A stretch of DNA of 64,000 bases, taken from NCBI GenBank assembly GCA_049609625.1, contig JBMYYR010000001.1, positions 3,644 through 67,643 of the forward strand. The letters run 5' to 3'. Below, in pieces: positions 40,093 through 49,658 of this stretch. Position numbers and translations under genes: made by a program. The first letter of the stretch is position 1. The number at the start of each line of letters is the position of its first letter. A model generated the notes under the pieces. That model saw nothing but the letters and a program-made list of their open reading frames with translations. It was not told the DNA's origin and searched no databases. This stretch comes from Flavobacteriales bacterium. Its GTDB lineage: Bacteria > Bacteroidota > Bacteroidia > Flavobacteriales > CAJXXR01.

Positions 40093-40597
40093 GTTTTTTA
40101 ATTTTAGACTCGGTGTCGTTCAACTCTTTGATCGAGTATTTTACGGCAGCAAGTTGTTTTGAGTTTGGATAAGCTTTTACAAATTGATTATAAAAATCTA
40201 AGGCAAAAAGTTTATGCTTATCAAAGCCTGATTTATTGAAGGCTTGTTCGCAAACAAAACCTTTCTTGAACAACACAAAAGCTCGTTTTGTGCTTTTTGG
40301 GTAGATTTTCTCAAATCGATCATAGACACCCAAAGCCATAAAATATTGACCAGTACCTTCGTAAACATTAGCATAACGCAGCATGATTTCTTCAGATTCT
40401 GGAGCGTTTGGAAAAGCGTTTAAGTAGTTTTCGTAGGAAGCCAAAATAGCTTTTGCACTTTCTTTCGTTGTTACGGTGTCTCTAGCTATTGCATAAAACG
40501 CACGCTCTTCGGATTTGAGTTGTTCTAAAGCTTTATCAGCCGGAGAAATACAACTCGAAAACCCAATCATTAAAATCAAAATTGAAAGTACTCTCAT
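40079..40597 (-). CDS. Lipoprotein with TPR-like repeats
   Basis: Lipobox MIGFSSC. Helical repeats with a YxxAxxxF pattern. Overlaps both neighbouring genes. Confidence 0.6.
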   Translation of the reverse strand: MRVLSILILMIGFSSCISPADKALEQLKSEERAFYAIARDTVTTKESAKAILASYENYLNAFPNAPESEEIMLRYANVYEGTGQYFMALGVYDRFEKIYPKSTKRAFVLFKKGFVCEQAFNKSGFDKHKLFALDFYNQFVKAYPNSKQLAAVKYSIKELNDTESKIKKHELH

Positions 40598-41166
40598 TAG
40601 CGTTTTCCTCTTTTTAGTTGATGTTTCATCCGATAATCTGCTCTGATTTTTCCATCTTGAATTTTCCTTAACTTGCCGTTAATCAATTTCTTACGAAGAG
40701 GAGAGAGGTGGTCGGTAAACAAAATACCTTCAATATGATCATATTCATGTTGGATAACTCGAGCGGCAAGTCCTGAAAATTCTTCAGTTTTTTGATTGCC
40801 ATTTTCATCGAAATATTGAACACGAATAGTCGATTTTCTAGATACATCCTCGCGCACTTCAGGAATGCTTAAACAGCCTTCGTTAAACAGCCATTCTTCG
40901 CCAGTTTCTTCCAGAATTTCTGGATTTATAAATACTTTTTTAAAGTCTTCGACCGACGGATCTTCTTCTTTAAATGGGCTGGCGTCTACAATAAATAAAC
41001 GCAAAGATTTTCCAACTTGAGGCGCCGCCAATCCTACGCCAGATGCCGCATACATGGTTTGCCACATATTGTCGATTAGGTGCTTGGTTTCGGCTGATTT
41101 TGGGTCAATTTGTTTTGCTTTTTCTTTCAAAACAGGATGACCATAAGCTATAATGGGTAAAATCAT
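40597..41166 (-). CDS. def: Peptide deformylase
   Basis: GVGLAAPQ, EGCLSIP and HEYDHIEG motifs. Confidence 0.96.
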   Translation of the reverse strand: MILPIIAYGHPVLKEKAKQIDPKSAETKHLIDNMWQTMYAASGVGLAAPQVGKSLRLFIVDASPFKEEDPSVEDFKKVFINPEILEETGEEWLFNEGCLSIPEVREDVSRKSTIRVQYFDENGNQKTEEFSGLAARVIQHEYDHIEGILFTDHLSPLRKKLINGKLRKIQDGKIRADYRMKHQLKRGKR

Positions 41167-41582
41167 AAAGATTGGTTTTGATCTAAATACGATCGTAAAA
41201 TAATAGAAGCACTTACCTTGTCGATAAGTGCTTTGTTTTTTCGTTTTTGTTTCGGAACGCCCGCATCAATCATAGACTGAAATGCCATTGAGGACGTGTA
41301 ACGCTCATCCACTAAAACTAAAGGGTGTTTCGGAAAGTGTTTTTCTAGTTTTTTGGCATAAGCCAACACCTTTTCTGTGGTCGTCGAATGGTCGCCATTT
41401 AGATAAGTAGGTAAACCTAAAATAAGTTTATCTACCTGATTTTCAGAAACATATTTTTTTATAAAAGCAATAGATTTTGAATTTTCGATGGTTTCTAAAG
41501 GAGCGGCGATAATCTGTAAATCATCGGTTTCGGCAAAGCCCACACGTTTTTCTCCAAAGTCGATTCCCAAAAGTCTTGCCAT
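41163..41582 (-). CDS. ruvX: Holliday junction resolvase-like RuvX/YqgF
   Basis: MARLLGIDFGEKRVGFAETD..., ...DERYTS. Confidence 0.93.
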   Translation of the reverse strand: MARLLGIDFGEKRVGFAETDDLQIIAAPLETIENSKSIAFIKKYVSENQVDKLILGLPTYLNGDHSTTTEKVLAYAKKLEKHFPKHPLVLVDERYTSSMAFQSMIDAGVPKQKRKNKALIDKVSASIILRSYLDQNQSL

Positions 41583-41586
41583 CTTG

Positions 41587-42468
41587 TTATGGTAATTCGT
41601 AAGAAAATTGAGTTACAGTTGGGCGCACACTCATCACAGGTGTAAACGAATTGTGAATAATGTTTTGAGCTGCCGACCCTAAGAAATGTAGTGTAAAATC
41701 ATTCTCTTGTTGAGTCATAATCATGATTAAATCGGCATCTTTTTCTTTAGCGTAAGTCAAAATTTCATTACTAATTTCTGCATCTTTATCTCGATACAAA
41801 ATATCAGAATCAACCTTTATGTTGTGCGAATGGATAAATTTATAGACTTGCTTCATATTGAGTTTTAGTTCCTGAATAGCATCCGAATCTAAGTTTTCTC
41901 TGATAACAGAAACCAACTTCACTTCTGCTCCAAACAAACGAGCAAATTCGATGGCATTAGACACTTTCTCTTTTGTTTCTTTCTTTAAGTCTAAAGGTAA
42001 AACAATGGTTTTCAGCTCTTTGTGATTTTGTCCTTTGATGGTAATTACAGGTACTTTCGACATACGAATGACCCGATTGGCATTCGAACCCATAATTTTT
42101 TTCATCGTTTTGGGCACGCCTTGTGTTCCCATAACAATATAATCGGCGCCTACCATTTCCGAAACTTCAACAATTTCTTGGTATACTTTTCCACGAGAAA
42201 CCATCGAATTGACATCGGTGCCGAGTTTAGCTTCGGAAGCCTTTGCTATTTCTGCTAATTTCTCTTGAGCTTGATCTTGCATTTTTGCAATTTCTTCCTC
42301 GCTTTTATCTCCAAAAACTCTGGAAAAAAAACCAGATGCTTCAATAACACTTAATAAAGTCAGTTCGGCTTTACAGGCTTTGGCTAAAACTTCAGCTTCT
42401 CTGAGCGCAACAAACGATTGGTCTGTAAAATCAATCGGCACCAGAATCATGGCTTGTTTTTTTGACAT
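41587..42468 (-). CDS. Tandem universal stress protein (UspA family)
   Basis: Two Usp domains (ILVPIDFTDQS..., ...VMGTQG...; second half IVLPLDL..., ...IMIMTQQ). Confidence 0.85.
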   Translation of the reverse strand: MSKKQAMILVPIDFTDQSFVALREAEVLAKACKAELTLLSVIEASGFFSRVFGDKSEEEIAKMQDQAQEKLAEIAKASEAKLGTDVNSMVSRGKVYQEIVEVSEMVGADYIVMGTQGVPKTMKKIMGSNANRVIRMSKVPVITIKGQNHKELKTIVLPLDLKKETKEKVSNAIEFARLFGAEVKLVSVIRENLDSDAIQELKLNMKQVYKFIHSHNIKVDSDILYRDKDAEISNEILTYAKEKDADLIMIMTQQENDFTLHFLGSAAQNIIHNSFTPVMSVRPTVTQFSYELP

Positions 42469-42664
42469 GGTAATTTCAAATTTTTGACAAAATTAATAAA
42501 TCTCTTTGGTTTAATGACAGTCCGTTGATGAGTTTTAAGCTAAAGTTTTGATTTTCAATAAAATAACTTGTGTTTAGAGTTAGTGAAATTAATGTAGTTT
42601 GTTGATAGTCAAGGGTAAACATCACTAAGAGGAACGAAAAGTTTAATTCAGTTGACTTAGGACA

Positions 42665-43159
42665 TCAATTTTTCTTCAAATCCTGACACAAAAAGCCAAA
42701 AGGCAATAAATCGGCCAAGCTATTGAGTAAAATCACAGAACCTTTTCCTGAAAAGAGAAGAATAGGAATAGCCTGGTTTTGAAGATGTTCGTATTCCAGC
42801 ATTACCTGTCGGCAAGCTCCACAGGGCGACAGCACGCCTTTAAAATCAAATTGTTCTGAACCAGCCACAACCGCAAGGGCTTTTATTTTGGAATCATGTT
42901 GCTGAGCGCCGTAAGCGAAAAAAGCAACACGCTCGGCACAAAGTCCAGAAGGATATGCCGCATTCTCTTGATTATTTCCCAAAACCACTGACTGATCTTC
43001 TAAAAGCAAAGCTGCGCCAACTTTAAAGTTAGAATAAGGCGCATAAGCTTTTGCTTGAGCTATTTTTGCTGATTCAATTAGGTTTTGATACTCCATTGAT
43101 AAATCAGAAATTTGCTCAAATTCTTGATATTGAAGCTCTAATGTTTTGGTTTTTGACAA
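42665..43159 (-). CDS. cdd: Cytidine deaminase
   Basis: CAERVAFF and PCGACRQ zinc-ligand motifs. Confidence 0.93.
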   Translation of the reverse strand: MSKTKTLELQYQEFEQISDLSMEYQNLIESAKIAQAKAYAPYSNFKVGAALLLEDQSVVLGNNQENAAYPSGLCAERVAFFAYGAQQHDSKIKALAVVAGSEQFDFKGVLSPCGACRQVMLEYEHLQNQAIPILLFSGKGSVILLNSLADLLPFGFLCQDLKKN

Positions 43160-43206
43160 TTTAATTGATGTATGATGTTTTAAAAAAATTCAAATGACAG
43201 ACTGAT

Positions 43207-44271
43207 TTACAGCCAAAAAGGCTTCTTTTTATCAAACGACTCAAACAGATTATAGAGTTCCTCTGGTGTTTTTAGTGAAGCTTCCCCGCCCCAAATCTCG
43301 TCGTAAATCTCCCATTGCTCGGGCGTAATAGTTGTTCTAACTTGATCGAAAGCAGTAACGTAATGCGGTTTAATATTTTTTGTATCCGTATGTTCTTTTA
43401 GGGCATTTTCTGTGACTACAAAGTCCATCTCTTGCCAATAAATATAATGAGGTTTTTTAAGATGTAGGCAGTATCCTAATGACGTTCCTATATCATTAGC
43501 CATAGTCATATCGGATAGCGAAATAATGCTTTTTACCCTAGGTAAAAAATTAAGGTCAGATCGATGACCAGCAGTAACAACCTTAAACCCAGCTTTGAGA
43601 TAAGGCAAATGATTATTGATTACAATGTCTTGATAATAAATACTTACAACTACTGTATCATAATCCTTACCGACTTTAGAAATTTCTTTTATCCAGCTTG
43701 TATAGTCAAATTTTGTTGAATGTGATTCAATAGAATGGAGTGGAAAGACAAGTAATACCGAGCCTAATTCGGACTTTAACTCCTCAAGCTTATCAACACT
43801 TAACAGACTGTCTACATACGCTATATGTGGTCCTATTTTATGAATAGATTTATTCACGTTACCCAAGGTTTTAAAAAAATTATACCGAATAGGTCCAAAG
43901 GTCAAAATAGCAGGAAATCTATTTTTATACACCTCAAAATCAATAATATAGTCATCGTAATAAATCCCGTGTTCAATAATGGCATTAATCGGTTTATTCC
44001 ATTTTGAAAATTGCCTTAGGTTTTGGGCTATTGCAAACCTAGAGTTTACATAATAATACTCATCTGAATACGAAGGTAGATTCTGACTTAACGAATCGAC
44101 ATCAAAAATAGATAACGTTTTTCTCCTTTCAACTTCTTTAAGGAATCGCTTTCTCATTCCAAATCTGAACGTATTGGCTTTATAAACAGCTAAGGTTTGG
44201 TAGTATTCCCTGTATTTTTCGGGATAAATTTTGAGAACTAATTTGAGAAATGATATAAGAAGGTTTTTCAT
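43207..44271 (-). CDS. Hypothetical protein, unassigned family (polysaccharide-associated by context)
   Basis: 354 aa, soluble, no motif I can place. The stop of the upstream wzx-like gene lies 8 nt before its start. Confidence 0.5.
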   Translation of the reverse strand: MKNLLISFLKLVLKIYPEKYREYYQTLAVYKANTFRFGMRKRFLKEVERRKTLSIFDVDSLSQNLPSYSDEYYYVNSRFAIAQNLRQFSKWNKPINAIIEHGIYYDDYIIDFEVYKNRFPAILTFGPIRYNFFKTLGNVNKSIHKIGPHIAYVDSLLSVDKLEELKSELGSVLLVFPLHSIESHSTKFDYTSWIKEISKVGKDYDTVVVSIYYQDIVINNHLPYLKAGFKVVTAGHRSDLNFLPRVKSIISLSDMTMANDIGTSLGYCLHLKKPHYIYWQEMDFVVTENALKEHTDTKNIKPHYVTAFDQVRTTITPEQWEIYDEIWGGEASLKTPEELYNLFESFDKKKPFWL

Positions 44272-44278
44272 TTTTGAA

Positions 44279-45625
44279 TTAAATGTTAGGTGTTTTAAGT
44301 GGTCTTGAAATTATTTTTTTGAACACTTTGACACTATGGTGAATCGTACTAAACTTAAACCAAGGCAATGGAATGATTTTATATGCCATAGAAAACGTAA
44401 TAATATACATCACAACGCAAGTTAGCAGAGTAGACCAAGCCGCAACAATGTTGCCATACTTAGGGATATACAAGATGTTCAATCCCAGATTTATAGCTAT
44501 ACCTATTGAGACGACAATTACATTGTAATAGGTTTTAAAGGTTTGACCAATAATCACGCTCGAAATTGTATAAAGACCATAAAACAAATATCCGAAAGCT
44601 ACTGGTGTAACAACAATAAAAGAGTCTTCAAATTTTGGATCAAAAAATTCAATCAAAAACAATAATTTACCTAAAAGTAATACGCCTATCGTGATGATGA
44701 TAATTATTAGCAAATACAAGTGAAAAAATGAAACAATGTCGTGTTTTAATAGATCGGTTTCATGTTTTGAGTCTTGTTCAGATTCTTTTTTTTCTAACTG
44801 ACTAAAATACTCATACACTTTTGGAACAAAAACAAGGTTAAACGCATTGATAGCGACAAAAACTAAAGCTCCAATTTTGTAGCCCATGTCGTAAATTCCA
44901 ACATCAGATTTTCCCAAATAATAATCTATGATATATCGATCACTTAAATTTAAGGCTTGTTCCAACAAAACAACGACTAATAAAGGTAGCGAATATAAAA
45001 ATGCTTTTTTTATAAGGTTTAGATCTGGTTTGAATATGAGGTCTCCGGATTGGGCTAGTTTGTAAAATGTATAGCATCCAAAAAACACAGGTAAAACTAA
45101 AGCTGGTATGGATCGACTTTCCCAACTGAGGTCGGTGTAATAAATCAGGTAGAGCGACAGAACGAGATTACTTATTGTCATCAGGGTGCTTAGTACGCCA
45201 AATTCTAAAGATTTTTTTCGATTTCTGAGCAGAGTGAGATAAATAAAGTAGCTCAATGAGAAAAAGGAGCTTACAGGAATCCACCAGATGTAGAAATTCG
45301 GTATATCTTGCAAGGCATTTAGTTCCTGAAAGGCGTAACCATTTAAAAAACCAAGCAAGGTATTGGTAACAGCAGAAACCAAGAATATATTAAATATCGC
45401 TACTGGAACTTCCTCTGGTTTTCGGTAATAGATATACTGTAAATAGGAGTTTAGAGAAAGTGAAGAAATTGTAGAGAAAATAAGGTTGAAGATTGTAAAC
45501 ATAGACAATACTCCTACATCATCGGTAGTAAATTGCCGTGTAATAATCGGTATTAAAATAAAGGGAATCAGTTGATTAAGAACTGTTGTTCCAAAATAGA
45601 TAAACGTATCTTTTATAAATTTCAT
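44279..45625 (-). CDS. Wzx-like oligosaccharide/polysaccharide flippase (MOP superfamily)
   Basis: 448 aa and polytopic (about 12-14 TM helices), with the typical N-terminus FIKDTFIYFGTTVLNQLIPFILIPIITR. Confidence 0.8.
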   Translation of the reverse strand: MKFIKDTFIYFGTTVLNQLIPFILIPIITRQFTTDDVGVLSMFTIFNLIFSTISSLSLNSYLQYIYYRKPEEVPVAIFNIFLVSAVTNTLLGFLNGYAFQELNALQDIPNFYIWWIPVSSFFSLSYFIYLTLLRNRKKSLEFGVLSTLMTISNLVLSLYLIYYTDLSWESRSIPALVLPVFFGCYTFYKLAQSGDLIFKPDLNLIKKAFLYSLPLLVVVLLEQALNLSDRYIIDYYLGKSDVGIYDMGYKIGALVFVAINAFNLVFVPKVYEYFSQLEKKESEQDSKHETDLLKHDIVSFFHLYLLIIIIITIGVLLLGKLLFLIEFFDPKFEDSFIVVTPVAFGYLFYGLYTISSVIIGQTFKTYYNVIVVSIGIAINLGLNILYIPKYGNIVAAWSTLLTCVVMYIITFSMAYKIIPLPWFKFSTIHHSVKVFKKIISRPLKTPNI

Positions 45626-45701
45626 AAGCCCAAGACGAGTTAGTTTAGTCTACTTTTTCCTTTTTTTTTGATAAAGCTATAATGAACTTACAGCCGTTCA
45701 A

Positions 45702-46802
45702 CTACTTATGTTTAGATTTTGAAGCTGCTTCTAAATTACGTTCAATTTTATGTTTTGGTCTTGTCCATTTCAATTCATCTCGTTCCGATTTTGGAACAGA
45801 TTCTTCAACAATTTCAGGCTTATCTCCTTTTTTGTAAGGTTTTCTCGGGCTCAAACCTAAAATATCAAACAACTTCATGTCTTCGGTGATATCTGGGTTT
45901 GGTGTGGTGAGTAATTTATCGCCAGCAAAAATAGATCCAGCTCCAGCCAAAAAGCAAAGCGCTTGTCCTTCCTGACTCATTTCTGTACGTCCGGCAGAAA
46001 GTCTAACTAAGGTTTCAGGAAGTATGATTCGAGTTGTGGCTACCATTCGAACCATATCCCAAACCGATGTAATTTCCTGATCTTCAAGCGGTGTGCCTTC
46101 CACAGGAACTAAAGCATTAATTGGTGTAGATTCTGGATGTGGAATCATTGTCGATAAAGACAACAGCATTCCAGCACGGTCGTCATCGGATTCTCCCATA
46201 CCGATAATTCCACCAGAACAAACGGTTACGTTGGTTTTTCGAACGTTCTCAATGGTACTCAAACGGTCTTCATAAGCTCGAGTCGAAATCACTTCTTTGT
46301 AATAATCCTCAGAAGAATCTAAATTATGATTATAAGCATACAAACCTGCATTAGCAAGTCTTTTAGCTTGGTTTTCAGTAATCATACCTAAAGTACAACA
46401 CACCTCAACGTCTAATTTATTGAGCGTTTCTACCATTTCTACAACTTGATCAAAATCAGAACCTTCTTTCACATTTCGCCAAGCGGCGCCCATACAAATT
46501 CGCGAAGAACCTGCTGCTTTTGCACGCAAAGCCTGAGCTTTCACCTGACTTACAGACATCAAATCGTTACCTTCCAAACCAGTAGAATACCGTGCTGCTT
46601 GCGGACAATAACCACAATCTTCTGGACAACCACCTGTTTTAATCGAAATCAAAGTACTGACTTGCACTTCTTTTGGGTCATGAAACTGACGATGTACTTG
46701 CGCAGCTTGATAAATAAGGTCAATCAAAGGTCGATTATAAACTTCTAAAATCTCTTCTTTTGTCCAATTATGTCGAGGGGAATTAGTCTGCTCTGTATTC
46801 AT
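45702..46802 (-). CDS. bioB: Biotin synthase
   Basis: Radical-SAM motif [10 protein letters not shown]. Start trimmed from a TTG (46835) to the ATG at 46802. Confidence 0.94.
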   Translation of the reverse strand: MNTEQTNSPRHNWTKEEILEVYNRPLIDLIYQAAQVHRQFHDPKEVQVSTLISIKTGGCPEDCGYCPQAARYSTGLEGNDLMSVSQVKAQALRAKAAGSSRICMGAAWRNVKEGSDFDQVVEMVETLNKLDVEVCCTLGMITENQAKRLANAGLYAYNHNLDSSEDYYKEVISTRAYEDRLSTIENVRKTNVTVCSGGIIGMGESDDDRAGMLLSLSTMIPHPESTPINALVPVEGTPLEDQEITSVWDMVRMVATTRIILPETLVRLSAGRTEMSQEGQALCFLAGAGSIFAGDKLLTTPNPDITEDMKLFDILGLSPRKPYKKGDKPEIVEESVPKSERDELKWTRPKHKIERNLEAASKSKHK

Positions 46803-46873
46803 TTTGAGTTGTTTATGCTTTGTTTTGGAGATCAAAAATTCAGTATTAAAATCAATGACAAATCCTAAAGATG

Positions 46874-46881
46874 CAAATATA
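46874..46881 (-). promoter_or_regulatory. Candidate -7 box (TATATTTG) for bioB
   Basis: Reverse complement of caaatata matches TAnnTTTG. Confidence 0.4.
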
Positions 46882-46980
46882 AGCTATCCAAGTTTGTTTT
46901 TATTCGTTTCGATGCCAGATTTTTTTCGATAAAGAACATAATTAAAGCCCTTCGGGATTAAAACCTACATTTCAAATTAA

Positions 46981-46988
46981 TATCTTTG
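46981..46988 (+). promoter_or_regulatory. Candidate -7 box (TATCTTTG) for ribBA
   Basis: TAnnTTTG match 15 nt before the ATG at 47004. The TTG start of the track ORF lies inside this box. Confidence 0.4.
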
Positions 46989-47003
46989 CAAAAAAAAATA
47001 ATT

Positions 47004-48218
47004 ATGTCGGGAACGTTAAATTCCATCCAAGAAGCCATTGAAGATATTCGCCAAGGCAAAATTGTTATTGTTGTTGATGATGAAAACCGTGAAAATGAAG
47101 GCGATTTTGTTTGTGCAGCTGAAACCATGACAGCCGAAACGGTGAATTTTATGGCAAAATTTGGTCGAGGACTAATTTGTGCGCCGCTCACCGAACAACG
47201 TTGCGATGAGTTGGAGCTGAATTTGATGGTTGGTAAAAATACCGACCCAAACAATACGGCATTTACGGTTTCGGTTGATAAAATTGGAGATGGTGTAACG
47301 ACAGGTATTTCGGCTCTCGACCGTGCAAAAACCATTTTAGCACTCGTAGATCCAGCAACCAATCCAAGTGATTTATCTCGACCTGGACATATTTTTCCAT
47401 TAAAAGCTAGAGCCGGAGGTGTTTTACGACGTGCTGGCCATACCGAAGCGGCGATCGATTTAGCAAAACTTGCAGGTTTAAATCCTGCTGGCGTTATTGT
47501 CGAAATTATGAACGAAGACGGCAGTATGGCTAGGCTTCCTGAACTTAAAAAACTTGCCAAAACCTACGACATGAAAATCATTTCTATTGAAGATTTGATT
47601 GCTTATCGTATGCATAGCGAAAGCCTAATCAATCATTTAGAAACGGTTGAGTTGCCGACAGAACAAGGTCATTTCAAACTTTCAGCCTTTGAACAAGTCA
47701 ATACAGGAAGACATCATTTGGCTTTGCATAAAGGCGAATGGGCAGAAGATGAATCGGTTTTAGTGCGTGTACATTCGTCTTGCATGACTGGTGATATTTT
47801 TGGCTCTTGCCGATGCGATTGTGGTCCTCAGTTGACCAAAGCTATGGAATTGATAGAGGCTGAAGGTAAAGGTGTTGTGGTTTATATGAATCAGGAAGGT
47901 CGTGGTATTGGTTTGATAAATAAACTAAAAGCATACAAGCTTCAAGAAGAAGGTTTTGATACGGTTGAAGCTAACATCAAATTAGGCTTTAAGGCCGATG
48001 AAAGAGATTACGGAGTTGGTGCTCAGATTTTGAGAAATCTTGGTGTTCGTCAAATGAAATTGATGTCGAATAACCCAAAGAAACGAACAGGATTGATCGG
48101 TTATGGTTTAGAAGTTACTGAAAATGTTTCTTTAGAAATTGAAAGTAACGAACACAACGAATTTTACCTCAAAACCAAGAAATCTAAATTAAATCACAAT
48201 CTAAGTCAGAGTTTTTAA
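47004..48218 (+). CDS. ribBA: Bifunctional 3,4-dihydroxy-2-butanone-4-phosphate synthase / GTP cyclohydrolase II
   Basis: DHBPS region [12 protein letters not shown] and GCH-II zinc motif CRCDCGPQ. Confidence 0.95.
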   Translation: MSGTLNSIQEAIEDIRQGKIVIVVDDENRENEGDFVCAAETMTAETVNFMAKFGRGLICAPLTEQRCDELELNLMVGKNTDPNNTAFTVSVDKIGDGVTTGISALDRAKTILALVDPATNPSDLSRPGHIFPLKARAGGVLRRAGHTEAAIDLAKLAGLNPAGVIVEIMNEDGSMARLPELKKLAKTYDMKIISIEDLIAYRMHSESLINHLETVELPTEQGHFKLSAFEQVNTGRHHLALHKGEWAEDESVLVRVHSSCMTGDIFGSCRCDCGPQLTKAMELIEAEGKGVVVYMNQEGRGIGLINKLKAYKLQEEGFDTVEANIKLGFKADERDYGVGAQILRNLGVRQMKLMSNNPKKRTGLIGYGLEVTENVSLEIESNEHNEFYLKTKKSKLNHNLSQSF

Positions 48219-48239
48219 TGATCTGATTTTCAATTGATA

Positions 48240-49511
48240 TTAAGATGTTTTTTCTCTGCGCGCTTCAATCACAGGAAGCGTAAAGGCAAACAAACAGACA
48301 TAAAAGGCTCGATTTAAAATTAGTGACCCTGAAAATACATCACCTTTATAGTGCCCCACAAACAAAAGGAGGCAAAACACAGGTATAAACCAGCGGTAGG
48401 TTTTGATGGTGTTTTGAATAGCAAATAAAGCGGCATTGAGGTAAATAAAAATCGAGATAATAATTCCAGGGACACCAAAATACAAAGCTTGTCTCATGTA
48501 GCCTGCGTCTGTTAAACCATAATACCATCCGTCTATTCTGAAATACATGCCATCGCCATGCAACAAAGTAGCATCGGGCAAATCATAATAGTGACTATCG
48601 CTTAGCTGTGCAGAGGATTTAGTGGTCAGTTCTCCTGTCTCTATAAATTCATAGTAGAACTCAAACGCCCAGGGTAATATATTAGTATTAATCGAGGTAT
48701 ATACACTAGGGAATACGACAGCAAGCAAGTTGTATGCTATCAAAATCACAGCGACTGAGTATCCAATAGCCTTTGTGGTAGACCAAAACGTACCATTGTT
48801 AATAGATTGAAGAGTAACGAGGGCTAAAAATACCGCAACACCAATAAAGCCTGTTCGCCCAGAACAAATAATACTTAAAATAATAAAAGCAATTTGAACA
48901 ACATGGATAAACTTAATTTTTGTGTTCTGGAGTCTAAAACCAATTAGCACGAGGAAAACAGATTGGACTAAGGAAAAATCATAAAGCCTTGTGGAGCTCA
49001 TGCTGATTCCGCGAAACCACTGAAAGGATCCCGTCGGTTTAAATTTGGTTTTCAAATAAATAGACATCAATTCCCTAAACTCACTCGAAATAAACTGAAT
49101 GAAAATAAACGTAGTCTGTATAAAAACCACTTGAAGAATAAGATTTACGAAATCATCAAACTTATAACCTCTTCGTATTAAATTGCTAACATAAAGTGAA
49201 CCAAACACTAGCATTTCAATAAGATGAGTTGCGATTTGCTCTAAAGGTGCTGTTTGTTCATCAATCGTGCCATGAAAAAGAAGAATAAAAATAGTATAAG
49301 CAATCAGCGCTCCATAAAGTAGCGCATGTTTGACTAGAAATTTTGTAAACTTAAAGTTATTGGCTAAGACAGCTTCTGCCACCACCAAAAGAATCATAAA
49401 TTTTGAGGGGCTGTAAGGCAAAAACACAAGTACAGGAGAATACATATAGAGAAACAATACCAAAACATAGTATAGATGTCCAAGTGTAGATAAATTTAGC
49501 CTTAACGCCAT
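48240..49511 (-). CDS. O-antigen polymerase/ligase-like (Wzy-type) polytopic membrane protein
   Basis: 423 aa with about 10+ TM helices and a large loop ...LLHGDGMYFRIDGWYYGLTDAGYMRQ... Confidence 0.65.
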   Translation of the reverse strand: MALRLNLSTLGHLYYVLVLFLYMYSPVLVFLPYSPSKFMILLVVAEAVLANNFKFTKFLVKHALLYGALIAYTIFILLFHGTIDEQTAPLEQIATHLIEMLVFGSLYVSNLIRRGYKFDDFVNLILQVVFIQTTFIFIQFISSEFRELMSIYLKTKFKPTGSFQWFRGISMSSTRLYDFSLVQSVFLVLIGFRLQNTKIKFIHVVQIAFIILSIICSGRTGFIGVAVFLALVTLQSINNGTFWSTTKAIGYSVAVILIAYNLLAVVFPSVYTSINTNILPWAFEFYYEFIETGELTTKSSAQLSDSHYYDLPDATLLHGDGMYFRIDGWYYGLTDAGYMRQALYFGVPGIIISIFIYLNAALFAIQNTIKTYRWFIPVFCLLLFVGHYKGDVFSGSLILNRAFYVCLFAFTLPVIEARREKTS

Positions 49512-49658
49512 TTGTGAATATTTTTATGCAAAGAAACAAAATTAATATGCTCAACAAACACATTAAACCATATAAGCAAAATTATTTTTATTCATTTGGT
49601 ATAAATAAATCGAATTGGTTTCCTCAATTTTGATTACTTTAGTTAAAATTTCAACATC

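Noticed and set aside
46836-47003. FMN riboswitch expected upstream of ribBA
   Set aside because: The intergenic region is too short once two promoters are placed. It also lacks the conserved FMN-element core sequences as far as I can recognise them.
46958-47560. 200-aa ORF on the minus strand opposite ribBA
   Set aside because: It lies entirely antisense to a strongly conserved ribBA coding region. The product is S/A/P-rich low-information sequence with no motifs, a typical shadow ORF.
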